From a virus (Duplodnaviria; Caudoviricetes), in the IMG/VR virus record IMGVR_UViG_3300020045_009047, positions 1 to 38,048 of that record: a DNA stretch of 38,048 bases. The stretch is one strand, 5' to 3'. Position 1 is the stretch's first letter, and each line of letters starts with the position of its first letter. The translations under genes and the position numbers were made by a program. Under the pieces are notes generated by a model. The model was not told the origin of the DNA, did not search any database, and was given only the letters and a program-made list of their open reading frames with translations. Shown here piece by piece: positions 35,633 to 38,048 of this stretch.

Positions 35633-38048
35633 ATGTCCGTATCTAGTAAAGTGGATGATGTTTCTATACAGTCTGATGCGCTGAAAAATTTTCAGTTAGC
35701 AGAAATTTCTATTTCAGATAAATCTTCTCCTGAATACGGTAAACTTATCTCTAAAAAAATATGGGGCTATGTAATGACAGGATTAGGCGGTTATTATTAT
35801 AATCGTAATGCAAGATTCCGTAAAAATAGAAATTATGCTAATGGCAGGATTGATATTCAGCAAATGTTTCAGGATAGGTTGCAGATGAATGGTAAGCAGA
35901 ATTACATTCGTTTAAACTGGCAAACACTACAAATCGTAAATAAAATAGTATCAGGGCTTGTTGGTAGGTTTATGAATAGGGAAGAAAAAATACAGATTAC
36001 GGCTGTAGATTCTTTATCATTAAAAGACAAGCAAGATGAGTATGAGCAGATAGAATTTATTATTGATAATAGAGAGAAATTACAGGCATTACAGGAACAG
36101 TCGGGAGTACAAATGATTCCTGAACAGGAATTGCCATCAGATAAAGAAGAACTTAATTTATGGCAGGCGCAATTTCAAAGAACTCCAGAAGAAATAGAAT
36201 ATGAATTAGGGTGTAATGATATATTCAGTAGTAATGGATGGTTTGATGTACTTAAAGAAAAAATGCTACATGATAGCGTAGAAGTTGGATTAGTAGGTAC
36301 TTATACATGGATGGATGATAAAGGGATAGTTCATATCGAATGGGTAAAGCCTGAAAATATGATTTACTCCTATACTGTATATCCCGACATGAGAGATACA
36401 TCTTGGAGAGGACAATGCCCAACTATTAAGATGAGTGAATTAAGGCGGAAGTATGGTAAAGAGTTTAATCCTAATAATCCTCTTGCTCTCAATGAAGAAC
36501 AGTTATTTAAAATAGCGCAATCTGCAAAAGAATATCAGACATGGACAAATATAACATGGGATGCAGCATGGAATACAATGTATTTAAGACCTTATGACGA
36601 ATGGAATGTAAGGTCTATTGAATTTGAATTAAAGACCGTTGACAGCGAACCTTATACTGTTACTACAAGTAAATCAACAGGGACTACCTATACTCAAAAG
36701 GGATTCCCTACAACTGCATCAGGGAAGAAAAGAGAAAAACCATCAGACAATCAAAAAATAGTAGATGATAGTAATTGGAATATTTATCGTGGCGTTTATT
36801 TACCCGATAATGATATTCTTTTAGAATGGGGGTTGAAGAAAAATATGATTCGTCCGCAAGACCCTAAAGAAATAGGTAATGCAGAATTTTCGTATTCGTA
36901 CTATATGTATCAGAATTACGAGATGAGAAACATGGCTGTCCCTGAAAAGATAGAAGCGGCGGTAGATGGAATGATTTTAGCATTATTAAAAATGCAACAG
37001 GTAGTTGCACGTATGCGTCCAACAGGTGCAGCTATTGACGAAAGCGCATTACAAAATATTGATTATGGATTAGGAGATGCAGGTAATAAGGATATTGATT
37101 ATAAAAAGTTATATGACCAAACAGGGGATATATATTATCGTGGGGTAGATGCAGAAGGGAATAGAGTTCCTATACCTATTCAAGAATTAGCTAATACAGG
37201 ATTTTTAGGGCAGATGGATGGACTAATAAGAAACTATCAGTTCAATTATCAAACATTAAAAGATGAGCTTGGGGAAGACCCTAATTTAATATCAGCAGCA
37301 TTACAGCCAAGAGTTACATCAGGTAATATAGAGGTATCTCAAAACCAAGCAGAAAACGCAACCGACTATATGTATCGGGCATATTCTGAATGTATGAAAA
37401 TAACCGCAAGAAAAGTATCTTGCTTACTTAAAGATTCAGTAACATTTGGTAGTAATGCGTATAGAAATCTAATTAAGTCAGAAGATATTGGCAGTAGAAT
37501 TTTTACTACTGACATTAAGTTTCTACCTACTCAATCTGAATTACAAATGTTTCAGATGATACTTAATGATGCTATGAAATCAACGCCTGATTTAGTTTTA
37601 TTTATTGACCCGTTTAGGTTAATGAGAATTGCTAAAGAAGATGTGAAACTAGGTGAATTGTTATTTAGGCAGGGGCAAAAGAAAATGCTATTATGGCAAC
37701 AACAAACAAGCGCACAAAATCAACAAGATAATATTCAAGGGCAAATACAGAGCGCACAAGAAGCAGAGAAAAGCAAGCAAGAGACGGAAACAGTTAAGGG
37801 GGATATAGAAATGCAGATAAAAAAGGTTGAAGGAGAGACATCTAATAAAAATGCAGTTCTTACATTGGCTACTACCCTATTATCTAAGGGAGAACCTATC
37901 CCGCCATATTTAATGCCTTTAATAAATGCGACAGTAGAAAATATAATGATACCATTGGCATCAGAAAATGAGCAACAAAAACAGCAGATAATTCAGCAGA
38001 TGCAACAGGCACAGCAACAACAGCAACAACAGCAAGAACAAATGCAGC
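35633..38048 (+). CDS. Portal protein (about 805 codons, open at the window end; absent from the ORF track)
   Basis: Manual translation gives MSVSSKVDD...EYGKLISKKIW...RNARFRKNRNYANG...NYIRLNWQTLQIVNKIVSGLVG...ITAVDSLS. It directly follows TerL and ends in a Gln-rich tail. I translated the start and end; the middle was not checked codon by codon. Confidence 0.88.
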   Translation, partial: MSVSSKVDDVSIQSDALKNFQLAEISISDKSSPEYGKLISKKIWGYVMTGLGGYYYNRNARFRKNRNYANGRIDIQQMFQDRLQMNGKQNYIRLNWQTLQIVNKIVSGLVGRFMNREEKIQITAVDSLSLKDKQDEYEQIEFIIDNREKLQALQEQSGVQMIPEQELPSDKEELNLWQAQFQRTPEEIEYELGCNDIFSSNGWFDVLKEKMLHDSVEVGLVGTYTWMDDKGIVHIEWVKPENMIYSYTVYPDMRDTSWRGQCPTIKMSELRRKYGKEFNPNNPLALNEEQLFKIAQSAKEYQTWTNITWDAAWNTMYLRPYDEWNVRSIEFELKTVDSEPYTVTTSKSTGTTYTQKGFPTTASGKKREKPSDNQKIVDDSNWNIYRGVYLPDNDILLEWGLKKNMIRPQDPKEIGNAEFSYSYYMYQNYEMRNMAVPEKIEAAVDGMILALLKMQQVVARMRPTGAAIDESALQNIDYGLGDAGNKDIDYKKLYDQTGDIYYRGVDAEGNRVPIPIQELANTGFLGQMDGLIRNYQFNYQTLKDELGEDPNLISAALQPRVTSGNIEVSQNQAENATDYMYRAYSECMKITARKVSCLLKDSVTFGSNAYRNLIKSEDIGSRIFTTDIKFLPTQSELQMFQMILNDAMKSTPDLVLFIDPFRLMRIAKEDVKLGELLFRQGQKKMLLWQQQTSAQNQQDNIQGQIQSAQEAEKSKQETETVKGDIEMQIKKVEGETSNKNAVLTLATTLLSKGEPIPPYLMPLINATVENIMIPLASENEQQKQQIIQQMQQAQQQQQQQQEQMQ

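Overview
This AT-rich window is a fragment of a tailed-phage (Caudoviricetes) or prophage genome. The host is probably Bacteroidota: there are TTTG-N19/20-TAnnTTTG promoters, A-rich leaders without Shine-Dalgarno motifs, and Bacteroidota-phage-type terminase and portal genes. Left to right: (1) 1-3210 is the right part of a cargo-carrying IS1595-family element. It holds a DDE transposase, a divergent Zn-ribbon/HTH-only paralogue, a truncated P63C-like gene, an XRE HTH, and a soluble+membrane gene pair resembling a defence module. Its end interrupts a YqaJ/lambda-exonuclease gene. (2) 3.2-8.5 kb holds leftward early genes, including a second intact YqaJ-like nuclease. (3) 8.6-10 kb is a strand-switch region with mirror-image skewed tracts around a NUMOD4-HNH homing endonuclease. 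(4) 10-18.3 kb holds about 30 small rightward hypothetical genes, including an attC-like cassette relic, followed by a tRNA-like RNA and convergent terminators. (5) 18.7-24.6 kb is a leftward replication/HNH module. (6) 24.7-31.5 kb is a rightward operon with four glycosyltransferase-like and three SAM-methyltransferase genes, the best candidate for an undescribed system (methylated-glycan synthesis, possibly virion glycosylation). (7) A GroES-like gene, probable TerS, TerL and a portal ORF run off the right edge. All protein assignments come from motifs recognised by eye; no searches were run.
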